Below, one piece after another: positions 20,901 through 29,441 of a DNA stretch of 64,000 bases. This DNA is from a virus. The notes beneath the pieces are model-generated. The model ran no database searches, had not been told where the DNA came from, and was given only the letters and a program-made list of their open reading frames with translations. The DNA lies in IMG/VR virus record IMGVR_UViG_3300022689_000130, positions 80,665-144,664 of that record; one strand, written 5' to 3'. The translations under genes and the position numbers were made by a program. Position 1 is the first letter of the stretch. Every line of letters begins with the position of its first letter.

Positions 20901-23900
20901 TTTTTGGGCTCAATCGATGACATCGAAGACATTTATGATCCGACAGCACCATACGCATTGATTCCGAATTGGTCAGAATCAACTGCATATGTGCAAGGTG
21001 ATCTCGTACGTTATTTTGGTCGTGTATATCGCTTAGCAGTTGAATCTACGGGGCTGACTAATCTCAATGATGATATTGTCCTGCGAGGAACCCAGATATT
21101 CCCGCAGGTTGCAAACGGACTAACATTCATCGCAAATGGTGAAACAGTCACATTCGAAAAACAAGAAACACAAGTTACATTTGACCAAATTGTGACCAAT
21201 GGCACTGTTACTAATCCAGTTGTTCCGAGTGGTGACCGCTTGGTGATTGATGGTGTTAACGTTGATTTGATCAATTCAGTGACTACAACGACGTATGCTG
21301 ATATCACCATTTTAGGTAATGTTAGCAACCCAACTATCGAGAACGAACCTGGACGACAAATTATTATCGGCTATGCTGACGATATAAGTTCTCCACTTAC
21401 AACTGTTACGGTTGATTTTGATGAAGTAGATCCAACTTTGACAATGCAGACCATTTTGGCTAATGCACTCACAACCGCTGGTGCATCGAATGTTATCGCA
21501 CAGACAAACACTCGTATTGCTGCACTCGAAGCACTACGTTCAGCATATGTTAGTGCTAACGGTGTGCTGGGTTGGCAAAGCTTTATCAATGATTACTATG
21601 ATAGCGCACCGTCACCAGATCGTTTTGTCAATCCAGAGTATTTGGGCGCGCAAGTCGCCGCTAACCTAGGCGCAGCATGGGAAGCCGCTGCCAGAAATCT
21701 TATTGACCTCGATCTTAACCTGTTATCAGATTTGGGAGGAACAAATACACTCGACCAAGCAGATATGGTTGCTGGACGCGGGATTGGAAACTTTACCGGC
21801 CCGCAAGAAATTCAGTTTGATGCTGATATAATTGCCGCCAATGACCTTCTTGATAATGTGGTTACGCCAAATAACCAGAATGAAAACCTAGCCGATTTTG
21901 TTGGCTTTGTAGAAAACAATGGTAATACTAGTATTGCAGCAGGTCAACGAATTACAGTAACTAACCCAACCGAATATGTAACTGATAACATAACAGATAT
22001 TACAAACAAAATTAATGCTGCTCTCGCTTTGGCCGGCGCTCCCGCCGATATCTCGGCGAGCCCAAGCGGGCAGATTGTAACGTTGGTGCGCGAGAATAAT
22101 CTTGCTGGATATCGTTTGGGTGTGGTAAATGATGTTGATATCGGTTGGAGTGGAGCCAATGATGTTGAAACACAAGGCTCAACTGTTACTGAAGGCCAGC
22201 CTCTTGATCTCGATCTGGTTGTGCAGCGTATCAACCAGTTCTCAATTACCGGTGTAACGGCACAGAATATCAATAATCGCCTCCGCCTCACAAGCACTAA
22301 TCAAACATTGGTATTAGGCAATGGAACCGCAAATAGTGATCTGGGACTATCGTCTGGATCATTCCAGGCAGTCCCAAATACTACAGTGGTTCCTGTCGAT
22401 CTACTGATTGGTGACGTTGTAACACAAATTAACAATGCGGAAATTGAAAATCTAGTTGCTAGTCAGATTGGTGGGGCATTGTTGCTCACATTCAACGGCG
22501 ATTCATTGGAAATCGGTGAAGGTACGGCTAACAGTGTATTGGGCCTACAAGCTGGAACATTTGAAAGTTTTACAGATGCTGTAAAAAACCAATTCAATGA
22601 GGATGACTGGACGGTAGTGGCTGATCCTCTCAACTTTAATATTTGGACAATCGACAACATTGGCAGCAACCCAATTGAGCCGCAAACAAGTATCAATCGT
22701 TATGACGTCTTGCAAACATTAGATTTCCAAATTGGTGTTCTTGAAATTTGTGCAGGTGAAGAAAATGGAGATGATGCGCTCGTGTTTTGTGACACCGATC
22801 ACACACTTAGCGTCGGTGACTTTGTGGTAATAGTCAATTCAACTTGTATTCCAAGTGTTGATGGTATTCACCGAGTCACAGCAATACAAAATGATCAAGC
22901 GTTCTTCATCGATCGATATATAGAACAAAAAGGATTCACCGGCAAGGTATTTCCATTGCGATCAGTTCGTTTCCCTAATTCAAACCTTGCATTTGGGGCG
23001 ATGTTTGATACACAGTATGTTCAGGGTAACCTAGGATTGCCAGTGGGCGCTTATGTTTACGTTGACGATTTATATAATAGGGCAGGAGACAGTCGTGGTT
23101 TCGGTGCAGTGTTTGAGGTAACCCGTTCAAGCGGTCAAGCAGGCTTGGTTGAAGTTCGGCAGGAAACAGGTAAAACTGATAATAGTGAAATTCGTAACGG
23201 CGTCCTCTACAGTAAAGAAAGCGGCGAGACAGTTATCCGTCACGAAGTATATGATCCACTCAAAGGCATTATTCCTGGCATCGCCGCAGCCGAAATCGAT
23301 ATTCGCAGCGATAATGATTTTGCCTATTATAACAACTCAACTGACCCAGAGCAAGAACTTCGAAACGATATCAGCTGGGGTCAATTACAGGTTGGTACAG
23401 TCTGGTGGGATTTGAGCACAGCAATTTATATCAACTACGACCAAAGCACACCAGAGTATCGCCAAGAGTATTGGGGAGAACTATTTCCGACCGCGAGCAT
23501 CGATATTTACGAATGGACAAAAAGTCCGGTAACACCAGAACAGTATGAAAGTGCAGTGCAGAGTGGCACCATTGTGGATGGTGTAGAATTGACCGGACAA
23601 CCTTATGTAATCGTAAACCAATTTGGTGAAGAGCAGTTCAACTGGAGTGAAGAAATTGAAATCAACCCCAATACCAATCAGGTTGAGACTTATTTTTACT
23701 TCTGGGTTAAAAACAAAACAACCACACCTACTTTGGAGCGTGAACTTAGCACAATACAAATTGCAGAAGTTATACAAGATCCAACCAGTCAGCAAATTGA
23801 TTGGCTAGCAGCAACTAGTTCGAATACACTCTTGGTCAGTAGCCTAGGCAACGCAAGCGGATATAATGATCTAGTAATGCAAGTTAATTTCGACACCGAT

Positions 23901-25712
23901 CCAGGTAGCTATCACCAGGAATATATGCTGATTTCAGAAAACGATCCTAATCTACAAATTCCTGAGTGGCTGCATGTAAGCTTGCGAGATAGTCTTGCGG
24001 GATTTGTACAAGACACCGTGCAGGAAACTTTTGAATCATGGAACCCGGCAAAGACTTATTTTCCTCCTCAAATTGTCAAAAGCGGTAATGATCTATTCTA
24101 TCGTTGTCACACTGAATCATTTAACAACGATCCTGACGCAGACACAGACAATGATTTTTGGACCTTGCAAACAGTCGTGAACGAAAATCCAGACGGTGAT
24201 TTTACAGGACAGAACACTGTTGAACTGTCAATGCCACAACAGATTCCTGATTTGGATCTGCATCCATTCGTTCGTTATGGATTAGAGACACGTCCACATC
24301 AAACATGGTTTGAAAATATAGATCATGCTCGACGTGAATTAGTCAGTAAGATTAACGATCAAATTCTCTCAATCAACTTGGTCGATAGCGACATACCTTG
24401 GAGAGAAGAATTTGATCGCACATTCGATATGGGCAACGGATTAATTTTTGACATAACCGATTATTGGAATTACACTGACTGGAATGCAGAAGGATTTAGT
24501 TACGATATTGGTACTGGTGATTACTTTGTCGAAAATACATCAGATCTAGCAGAACTTGTTCCAAACGAAGGAGAAATAGCACAAGTTGAAGTCAGTATGG
24601 ATCAAGACGATCGAAACCGCCGCCAAGCTTATCAATATCAAGCTGGTGAATGGGTAATTGTGTTTAAGGAAAAAGCCACCATACAGTTCAATGAACTCTT
24701 ATGGAATAATGAACTAGCCAATACAGGTTGGGATATTGCGAAGTGGGATACTAATGGATGGGACTTGAATTCAAGTGGTGTTATTGTTGAAATTCTAGAA
24801 AGCTTCTATCGTGTAATTTGGACAGGTGAACGGGCCGGCCATTATGGAGACCTATGGATGCATATGGCTAAGCACGTTATTCGAGAGCAGGGAGAACCGG
24901 ATTGGATCTTCAAAACCAGTTACTTTAACTTTATAGCACAGGATTCATTGGAAAAGCGTTTCAACAAATACTTTGAACAGAACATTGATCAGCTATTCGA
25001 ATATATTAACACAGTGAAGCCTTTCCGAAGTAAATTACGAGATGCTATCATTCGTAAAACAGCCGACGATTTCACCACCGTACAAACACTTGATACCCTA
25101 GAACTTCGAGTGCAGACAAATCCTGTTAACGAAACAGTAGACGATACCGAAACTCGTAGCTTCCGTATCAGTGTTAGTAGCGACAATCTCAATTATTCGA
25201 GCCAGATCGTTGACGAGCACAAAGTTCTACTCGCTATGGATATCGGTGCAGAAGATGTAGTTATTCCGTATTTGCTAGATACCGGAACGATTCCAGAAAC
25301 GTCGGGTGCAGTTTGGATTAATGGTGAGCGGATTGAATATACCAATGTCGAAGCGCCGCCAGCGGCTGGAATCGGTGATGGCTTTAATTCAGGGTTCTCA
25401 AGCGGGTTTGGTGGCATTTCATTGTTGACTGGTATTACTCGAGGAACACAGGGCACACTTGCGCGATCCCATCGTTATGCAGATATCATTGAAGACGAAA
25501 CCAATCTTGAATTGATTGAAAATACTACATTGAGCGATTGGGAGGATGCTCTCCGACCATCATGGGGTGAGTTAGGTGTTAGTATGCTAGACAACTCAGC
25601 CAATAGTGAACCAAACGCGATTACAATACGTGGTGAAGGTTTTGGAACCATTGAACCTGACGGTGAAATTTTAGCAGCACAGTTAAGTGCAAGAGCACAG
25701 AATGACAATTAA
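14964..25712 (+). CDS. Giant virion structural protein (3582 aa), probable baseplate/fibre scaffold
   Basis: Follows gp6; contains GxGY/F repeats, W-x5-Y carbohydrate-binding-like motifs, WD-x3 triplets and a C-terminal RGTQGT. Confidence 0.75.
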   Translation: MANKYRANPKDVKNFTQSSEIKLSQDFQDYSEFLPNVNRSESLQRFFGATVNQLLSSGSTQSIDTYWGRLAGRNYNPNSELFNPETDAIRLNYQFQPGTVSKSEGETQQTVSYINWLKRLESLGSDLNNHDRLFAEPGYVLDLPINADMFINYRNYYWIEGLIPVIEIEPTSADPIVLDDIVSQSQYTTPELSNHKEVTFVNGLLVKFTGPYVSSTSGNWFTDWTYYIENVGGADGIQLVPKFDAAGNDLFPSLTPYEVPIREGWDTVEWDTTAWDGTAPFASYDVNTTFERQDLNLNKSYIVMERWAADKNAWARSNKWFSIHALRQATEFNDLDLNAYLNVRTRADRPILEYRANMELFKHCKNYVETVDYAISLDQATEMLSGIDQFAIDDENVIQNGDIVLVAKINDDGPGPFSGAFSSAFNVGVQSVYFGDAFVVDGVGSNITLTPYASYSVDDYVIVGKGTERGAVYCLEQEGEGWKLSQNKLKAGTAPLFNLYDQDNHPLSDRTENDFAGDPVFRYKPNPNGAIDKELGFAPTFTEQGSFNNYDFEWTLSNTRYNENITVETSEEIRGYYFWRDHVRNEYFNGWSNIRGGQRVPIIQTILANGVDNPEFELGTDKVSYTTEYTIELNDDAYRFSEHSYIDVHPVGYANPEMIWKTDTVYTVNTLISDPTRMPVFLDAQGNPNAEIVVTVVSDVLAEITINDAYPFDKLRYQDPSDSTNFGEIFLSNTNQNRYTVQLNGQYLKEDVDYTFSGTKITVTAETQENDVLELMYVADADIQNVVYDVAPVHFFNSENRPFVGAGYDDLIKHFTRQLTALPGFEGDLGGINNYHNILRLHSYDGLIRQQIFQTKKAQYLIDQESINPIRALKSVSRDYDDFKTTFKNKVRQLWENESWENVRAIVDRAVSDINIGKNKEFKYAYSDMLYARRFQSFAYLIDKDSPALIYEVPETINCYGDKKNHLQIWIKEFDFALDQFIERPLVKGKDYIIEGNRIILQFVPDVGVRNVVNASDNVVNAAYNVIVGREIPGEEPTLVIRWYDYRQTSHVPFSAVKLGFFRPTCPEIIDGVLIGHDNSRYALTGTTIFDLDSPNFDIVAACLYDFELRIFNNLVDKHFVTPNFGFDMREFYPNPVGEFPYAIADLNSRLDDWYNRYAIRNGIDEIDTDDRYDAADQFTWNYSTVGPGLGSWRSLYVYNFGTDRPHTHPWEMLGHYVKPDWWDDNYSWDAGPRRDALINALKYGVTGNNLGPDYVNTKYARSQYDWTNDVLVTDDGSATLNPPVDANVVSAPTSQDASRPFVFGDWSDIEDEWRKSSDYLFALAEVFLQVRPYRTHELFWMLDRWNVNRAPTQEQWRNEDTCQRIGSTEIHNQLLTEGLVVGVRVREPGTGYSSLGLKFRPNHICYRNAEATAYVEAGQVSSVSITDPGRGFVSQPEVELTEPFGSEGVELEYIIDRNYHLTQLGFNSLPGEEFRVNVTDTNELATTLKQLDINYMLHVGGYTDKRILAIEADVNTGADSIRIPESSYDIFIDRNAPNTIAFYSGVRIEKLDVGYRVTGYNLDSQFFYYLKPSTAGKQVGVDIGNVTVTKYLNWRNEVARVPYRTIFRKRQELYDFLLGLGQYYETIGFSVKDQWDTEARAAIRWSLDSTQVDPFYANGIADTLVYRQGDQGVVQTIDVNYDGIPNVLDSDFKTIRRNEMLVLRNEDTTEMSLKSGDDRLFGVGVRVVEFEHVITFDNTSDFNDILYQPEIGVGQNRIRLIGERTRNWNGRIEAPGYIVRDRGLLLNIESSVREIENDWITSESKALERLTRQTIGFNVGYAKPTYMKDTFVGDRSAYNFEKGARKYKGTESALEAFTRNKNIFGSEFEHELYEDWMVRLGDYGDTSERNPLQFQVVHDKIKGDPQQFRFSDTFVSDKSDDLVIDLFKGGNEAISGNYSAPFSQYPVLRLDNQSINDLELLQEFTRDAGLPLVTEIDNFLGSIDDIEDIYDPTAPYALIPNWSESTAYVQGDLVRYFGRVYRLAVESTGLTNLNDDIVLRGTQIFPQVANGLTFIANGETVTFEKQETQVTFDQIVTNGTVTNPVVPSGDRLVIDGVNVDLINSVTTTTYADITILGNVSNPTIENEPGRQIIIGYADDISSPLTTVTVDFDEVDPTLTMQTILANALTTAGASNVIAQTNTRIAALEALRSAYVSANGVLGWQSFINDYYDSAPSPDRFVNPEYLGAQVAANLGAAWEAAARNLIDLDLNLLSDLGGTNTLDQADMVAGRGIGNFTGPQEIQFDADIIAANDLLDNVVTPNNQNENLADFVGFVENNGNTSIAAGQRITVTNPTEYVTDNITDITNKINAALALAGAPADISASPSGQIVTLVRENNLAGYRLGVVNDVDIGWSGANDVETQGSTVTEGQPLDLDLVVQRINQFSITGVTAQNINNRLRLTSTNQTLVLGNGTANSDLGLSSGSFQAVPNTTVVPVDLLIGDVVTQINNAEIENLVASQIGGALLLTFNGDSLEIGEGTANSVLGLQAGTFESFTDAVKNQFNEDDWTVVADPLNFNIWTIDNIGSNPIEPQTSINRYDVLQTLDFQIGVLEICAGEENGDDALVFCDTDHTLSVGDFVVIVNSTCIPSVDGIHRVTAIQNDQAFFIDRYIEQKGFTGKVFPLRSVRFPNSNLAFGAMFDTQYVQGNLGLPVGAYVYVDDLYNRAGDSRGFGAVFEVTRSSGQAGLVEVRQETGKTDNSEIRNGVLYSKESGETVIRHEVYDPLKGIIPGIAAAEIDIRSDNDFAYYNNSTDPEQELRNDISWGQLQVGTVWWDLSTAIYINYDQSTPEYRQEYWGELFPTASIDIYEWTKSPVTPEQYESAVQSGTIVDGVELTGQPYVIVNQFGEEQFNWSEEIEINPNTNQVETYFYFWVKNKTTTPTLERELSTIQIAEVIQDPTSQQIDWLAATSSNTLLVSSLGNASGYNDLVMQVNFDTDPGSYHQEYMLISENDPNLQIPEWLHVSLRDSLAGFVQDTVQETFESWNPAKTYFPPQIVKSGNDLFYRCHTESFNNDPDADTDNDFWTLQTVVNENPDGDFTGQNTVELSMPQQIPDLDLHPFVRYGLETRPHQTWFENIDHARRELVSKINDQILSINLVDSDIPWREEFDRTFDMGNGLIFDITDYWNYTDWNAEGFSYDIGTGDYFVENTSDLAELVPNEGEIAQVEVSMDQDDRNRRQAYQYQAGEWVIVFKEKATIQFNELLWNNELANTGWDIAKWDTNGWDLNSSGVIVEILESFYRVIWTGERAGHYGDLWMHMAKHVIREQGEPDWIFKTSYFNFIAQDSLEKRFNKYFEQNIDQLFEYINTVKPFRSKLRDAIIRKTADDFTTVQTLDTLELRVQTNPVNETVDDTETRSFRISVSSDNLNYSSQIVDEHKVLLAMDIGAEDVVIPYLLDTGTIPETSGAVWINGERIEYTNVEAPPAAGIGDGFNSGFSSGFGGISLLTGITRGTQGTLARSHRYADIIEDETNLELIENTTLSDWEDALRPSWGELGVSMLDNSANSEPNAITIRGEGFGTIEPDGEILAAQLSARAQNDN

Positions 25713-25720
25713 TTTTTACA

Positions 25721-25727
25721 ATAAATA
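25721..25727 (+). promoter_or_regulatory. T4-type late promoter
   Basis: Intergenic ATAAATA. Confidence 0.6.
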
Positions 25728-25750
25728 GTGTATATTCAAGAAAGATAAGA

Positions 25751-26380
25751 ATGGCCCAGATTAGTAGAACATATTTTAAAGCAAATACCATTGCATTGTA
25801 TCCTGATAATTTAAGCGGTGAGATTTCACCAGCTGATCTTCGTGAACAGATGGATAATCTTGCTGATAGCACTGGATTTTTGACAATCAAAATTGCGCCT
25901 CCAACTGTCACTGATGACAGCGCCGGCACTGCTGGTAATGGTAGTTTTGGTGTAGGTGATATTTGGGTTGATGAAACTGGAAATGCGGCTTATATTTGTG
26001 TTGATGCTACTGCCGGCGCCTCAGTCTGGAATAAAATTACATCTCCTAGATCACCAGTTGATATAAATGTTCAATCTGCTAGTTATACATTAGCACTCAT
26101 TCATGCCGGGTCGATTCAAGAAATCGACGCCCTCGCAGGACCGATAACAGTAACTATTCCGACAGATGCATCAGTTTCATTTCCGATCGGAACAGTAATC
26201 GATATTACCAATATTGATAATGCCAATGCTATCAGTATTGCAGGCGATGTTGGAGTGACATTAAATGGTGTTTCTGCTGGTAGTGGTAATCTAAATGGAA
26301 CACTTTATGAAAAAGTGTCGCTTTACAAACGTGCAACCAATGAATGGGTTGCACAAGGTGCAATTGGAGTAGTGGCTTAA
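25751..26380 (+). CDS. Short fibre/appendage protein, paralog A
   Basis: GDIWVD motif; C-terminal YTL...TIP......FPIGT domain; shares both ends with the next gene. Confidence 0.6.
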   Translation: MAQISRTYFKANTIALYPDNLSGEISPADLREQMDNLADSTGFLTIKIAPPTVTDDSAGTAGNGSFGVGDIWVDETGNAAYICVDATAGASVWNKITSPRSPVDINVQSASYTLALIHAGSIQEIDALAGPITVTIPTDASVSFPIGTVIDITNIDNANAISIAGDVGVTLNGVSAGSGNLNGTLYEKVSLYKRATNEWVAQGAIGVVA

Positions 26381-26417
26381 TGCAAGATAAAGGATTCTGG
26401 CTTTATTGACAAGGCAC

Positions 26418-26425
26418 TATAAATA
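26418..26425 (+). promoter_or_regulatory. T4-type late promoter
   Basis: Exact TATAAATA. Confidence 0.7.
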
Positions 26426-26442
26426 TCGAGATAGGATAACAC

Positions 26443-27753
26443 ATGACACAAGTTGATCGCACCACATTCAAAGATAGCACTGCAACTATGTATGCTGATA
26501 ACTCCACTGGAAATATTGGAGCATCTGACTTGCGATTTCAGATGAACAATATTGCAGATAGTGTAACGTTCAAGAGAACAGGAAAAATCACAGATCCAAA
26601 TAACAACGACGATGATGTGAATACGAATGGTAACGGCACATTCGGGATCGGAGATATTTGGATAAACGAATCTACAAATAATGCATTTGTATGTACTGAC
26701 AACACTACCGGCAATGCAGTTTGGATCAAAATGACTTTTACCGACTTGAGTCCTATATCTAGCGCATTTGGCCCTCTTGACGGACAGCTTGCCGTTTGGG
26801 ACGGAAATGGGGCTGATACATTGCGTGGGTTTGCCAATATTTTTTGGGACAACGATAATGGACTCTTGACAATTGACGGAAATTTAGAAATTACCGGAAC
26901 AGTTGGAGGACGCGATATTGCTGTTGACGGAGCAAAATTAGATGGGCTTCCGGCTGATGCAATCAATTCGGTTGCATTTGAAGCAGATGTGGTAGATGGT
27001 AGCGGCGCAGCAGGTTTTACTGCTACCAAACTCACTGTTGACGTTACTTCTCAAGACAGCGGCCTTACAATTGTCAATGACAGCGGAGACGCCAGATTGT
27101 CATTCAAAGCGAATGTAGTGGTTAGTGACACTGCAGATCGTGCTCTAGATACCAACGATAATTTTACACATGTAAACAATGCCGGAGCGGCTGGTGCGGT
27201 TCGTTGGACACTGCCGACAATTACAAATGATGAAGATCTAATTGTTACCTTTTTTAAGGTCGAAGACCAACCAATGGAATTGATTGGATCCAATACCGTT
27301 ACAATAAACGGCAATACTGAAAATGGCGGCGGGGAATCTTTGCTTACTATCTGCCCTACTCCACATAATAGTTTTGCAACAATTTTACGCACTGGTGTTA
27401 ATACTTACCGTGTTTTTACCAGCCAGGATCCTGAAATACAGTTCAGCACACAAACTGGTGCAGCTTACACTTTGACATTGACAGACCGCTATAAAATTAT
27501 TACAATGAACGACCCTGGCGCAAACGTCCTAACTATTCCAGACAATACAACTGTGCCTCTTCCAGTAGGTACTGAGATTCGTGTTATACAGATTGGCGCT
27601 GGAGTAACTAGTATAACAGCCAGTGCAGGTGTTGATTTGAATAGCGTGACAGCAGGTAGCGGCGATATTCAAAAGCAATGGGGCGAAGTTCGCCTATACA
27701 AAACAGCAACAGATGAATGGTATGTGGCCGGCGATGTCGGGTTGGTAGCGTAA
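26443..27753 (+). CDS. Fibre/appendage protein, paralog B
   Basis: Same N- and C-terminal domains as 25751-26380 with about 230 aa of extra central sequence (GRDIAVDGAKLDG). Confidence 0.6.
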   Translation: MTQVDRTTFKDSTATMYADNSTGNIGASDLRFQMNNIADSVTFKRTGKITDPNNNDDDVNTNGNGTFGIGDIWINESTNNAFVCTDNTTGNAVWIKMTFTDLSPISSAFGPLDGQLAVWDGNGADTLRGFANIFWDNDNGLLTIDGNLEITGTVGGRDIAVDGAKLDGLPADAINSVAFEADVVDGSGAAGFTATKLTVDVTSQDSGLTIVNDSGDARLSFKANVVVSDTADRALDTNDNFTHVNNAGAAGAVRWTLPTITNDEDLIVTFFKVEDQPMELIGSNTVTINGNTENGGGESLLTICPTPHNSFATILRTGVNTYRVFTSQDPEIQFSTQTGAAYTLTLTDRYKIITMNDPGANVLTIPDNTTVPLPVGTEIRVIQIGAGVTSITASAGVDLNSVTAGSGDIQKQWGEVRLYKTATDEWYVAGDVGLVA

Positions 27754-27763
27754 TTTTAGAATC

Positions 27764-27770
27764 ATAAATA
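27764..27770 (+). promoter_or_regulatory. T4-type late promoter
   Basis: Intergenic ATAAATA. Confidence 0.6.
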
Positions 27771-27791
27771 TTAGAATGGGTAGAAAACCTT

Positions 27792-28367
27792 GTGGATCAT
27801 TTAAAAGTAAGAATTGAAGGACATGTGTGCATACGTGATTTAGATTCTGGCGAAGTCATTTTGAATCGCCGCAATGCGATCCACCGTGAAAATATGAGTT
27901 TCGCGCTCGCTAGTGCTTTGGGTGATGTTACAAATACTCGAAATACAAAAGGTTTTATCGATAGATTGGCTTTTGGAAACGGCGGGGTAGTTGTCGATGG
28001 TAGCGGAAATATCACATACAACACTGTCAATGTAGATAATGTAACCGACGAGTTATACAATCAGACTTATAGTAAGCAGGTAAACTTCAGCGATGTTGAA
28101 GATGCCGGCAATAATATGGGAGTGGTGCACGAAGCAGGAACCACTTTCAGTGACATCGTTGTCACATGCACATTGGACTATGGTGAGCCTGTCGGGCAAG
28201 ATCCATTGGATGACACTGCCAACCAAGAGGGTGAGTTTGTGTTTGATGAGATCGGTCTAGTGTCACAACAAGGTAGATTGCTAACACATTTAATCTTTCA
28301 TCCTGTGCAAAAAAGCGCAAATAGAAAGATACAAGTGGTCTACACAGTAAGATTTTTGGTAGGATAA
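27792..28367 (+). CDS. Tail fibre attachment/collar-like protein
   Basis: FDEIGL...LLTHLIFHPVQKS motif; directly upstream of a fibre gene. Confidence 0.55.
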   Translation: MDHLKVRIEGHVCIRDLDSGEVILNRRNAIHRENMSFALASALGDVTNTRNTKGFIDRLAFGNGGVVVDGSGNITYNTVNVDNVTDELYNQTYSKQVNFSDVEDAGNNMGVVHEAGTTFSDIVVTCTLDYGEPVGQDPLDDTANQEGEFVFDEIGLVSQQGRLLTHLIFHPVQKSANRKIQVVYTVRFLVG

Positions 28368-28370
28368 TAT

Positions 28371-29441
28371 ATGGCATATACAGTAGATTTTACAGACGGA
28401 ACCAAAACCGCCATTTCCGTATCAAATGGTGGAGTTGAGACTTCAACTAGCCTAGGTCTTGTCGGACGAGGTTTCAATGGTTACGGTGAAACCGTAGCTG
28501 AAAACTTCCTTCATTTGCTAGAAAACTTTGCGTCAGGTTCCGCGCCAAGCAAGCCGATTGAAGGACAGCTTTGGTACGACTCAGCTAACAACTCACTCAA
28601 GTATTTTGATGATACAGTAGAGAACAGCGGCAACTGGAAGCCAGTTGCTAGCATGACTGTGCAAGGCACTGCACCAACAACCGTTGGAGAAACTGATGGT
28701 CATTTTTGGCTCGATAGCGATACTGGTCTGCTATATCTTTATTATAACGGTAGTTGGTTGAACATTGCAGATGCTTCAAGCGACACTCGTCTTGTGGCTC
28801 GGACACGATGGGATAACCTAGGTAGCAGCCATCGCACTTTGGAAATGCTCGTAGCAGGAGAAATTGTAAGTATTGTGAGCAGTGATGATTCTTGGCAACC
28901 AGCTGATGTCACGGTTGGCGTTAATGGTCCTGAATATTTGGAAGATGGTTCCACACTACTTTCAACACAATATCCAACCATCGGTAAGGGTATTACAATG
29001 ACAAATCAATCAAACTATTTCTTTGCTGGCACCGCTTCCCGCGCGCAATATGCTGACCTTGCAGAACGTTATCATGCTGATCAGGTATATGAAGCAGGGA
29101 CAGTTGTTAAAATTGGCGGCGTGAACGAAGTTACCCAGACTGACCAAGAGTTCTGCACAGATGTCTTTGGTGTTGTATCTGCAGAGCCTGCATTTGGTAT
29201 GAACGCTGCCGCCGGAACGGATGAAACCCATCCGTTTGTCGCGCTCAGCGGACGACTACCAGTGAAGGTTATAGGAAAGGTAAGTAAAGGTGATCGTCTA
29301 GTGTCAAGTAATCTGCCAGGTCATGCAATGAGTACTGGTAATACAACTGGGTTTGACTGGCAATTTGTAATTGGACGAGCACTTGAAGATAAAGATACGG
29401 ATGGACCAGGAACCATTGAAGTAGTAGTAGGAACAAAGTAA
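28371..29441 (+). CDS. Tail fibre protein with a C-terminal intramolecular-chaperone (peptidase G2-like) domain
   Basis: ENFLHLLENFA and GQLWYD; C-terminal ADLAERY..GTVV..GVVS..VALSGRLPVKV..KGD.LVSS..IGRALE. Confidence 0.7.
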   Translation: MAYTVDFTDGTKTAISVSNGGVETSTSLGLVGRGFNGYGETVAENFLHLLENFASGSAPSKPIEGQLWYDSANNSLKYFDDTVENSGNWKPVASMTVQGTAPTTVGETDGHFWLDSDTGLLYLYYNGSWLNIADASSDTRLVARTRWDNLGSSHRTLEMLVAGEIVSIVSSDDSWQPADVTVGVNGPEYLEDGSTLLSTQYPTIGKGITMTNQSNYFFAGTASRAQYADLAERYHADQVYEAGTVVKIGGVNEVTQTDQEFCTDVFGVVSAEPAFGMNAAAGTDETHPFVALSGRLPVKVIGKVSKGDRLVSSNLPGHAMSTGNTTGFDWQFVIGRALEDKDTDGPGTIEVVVGTK

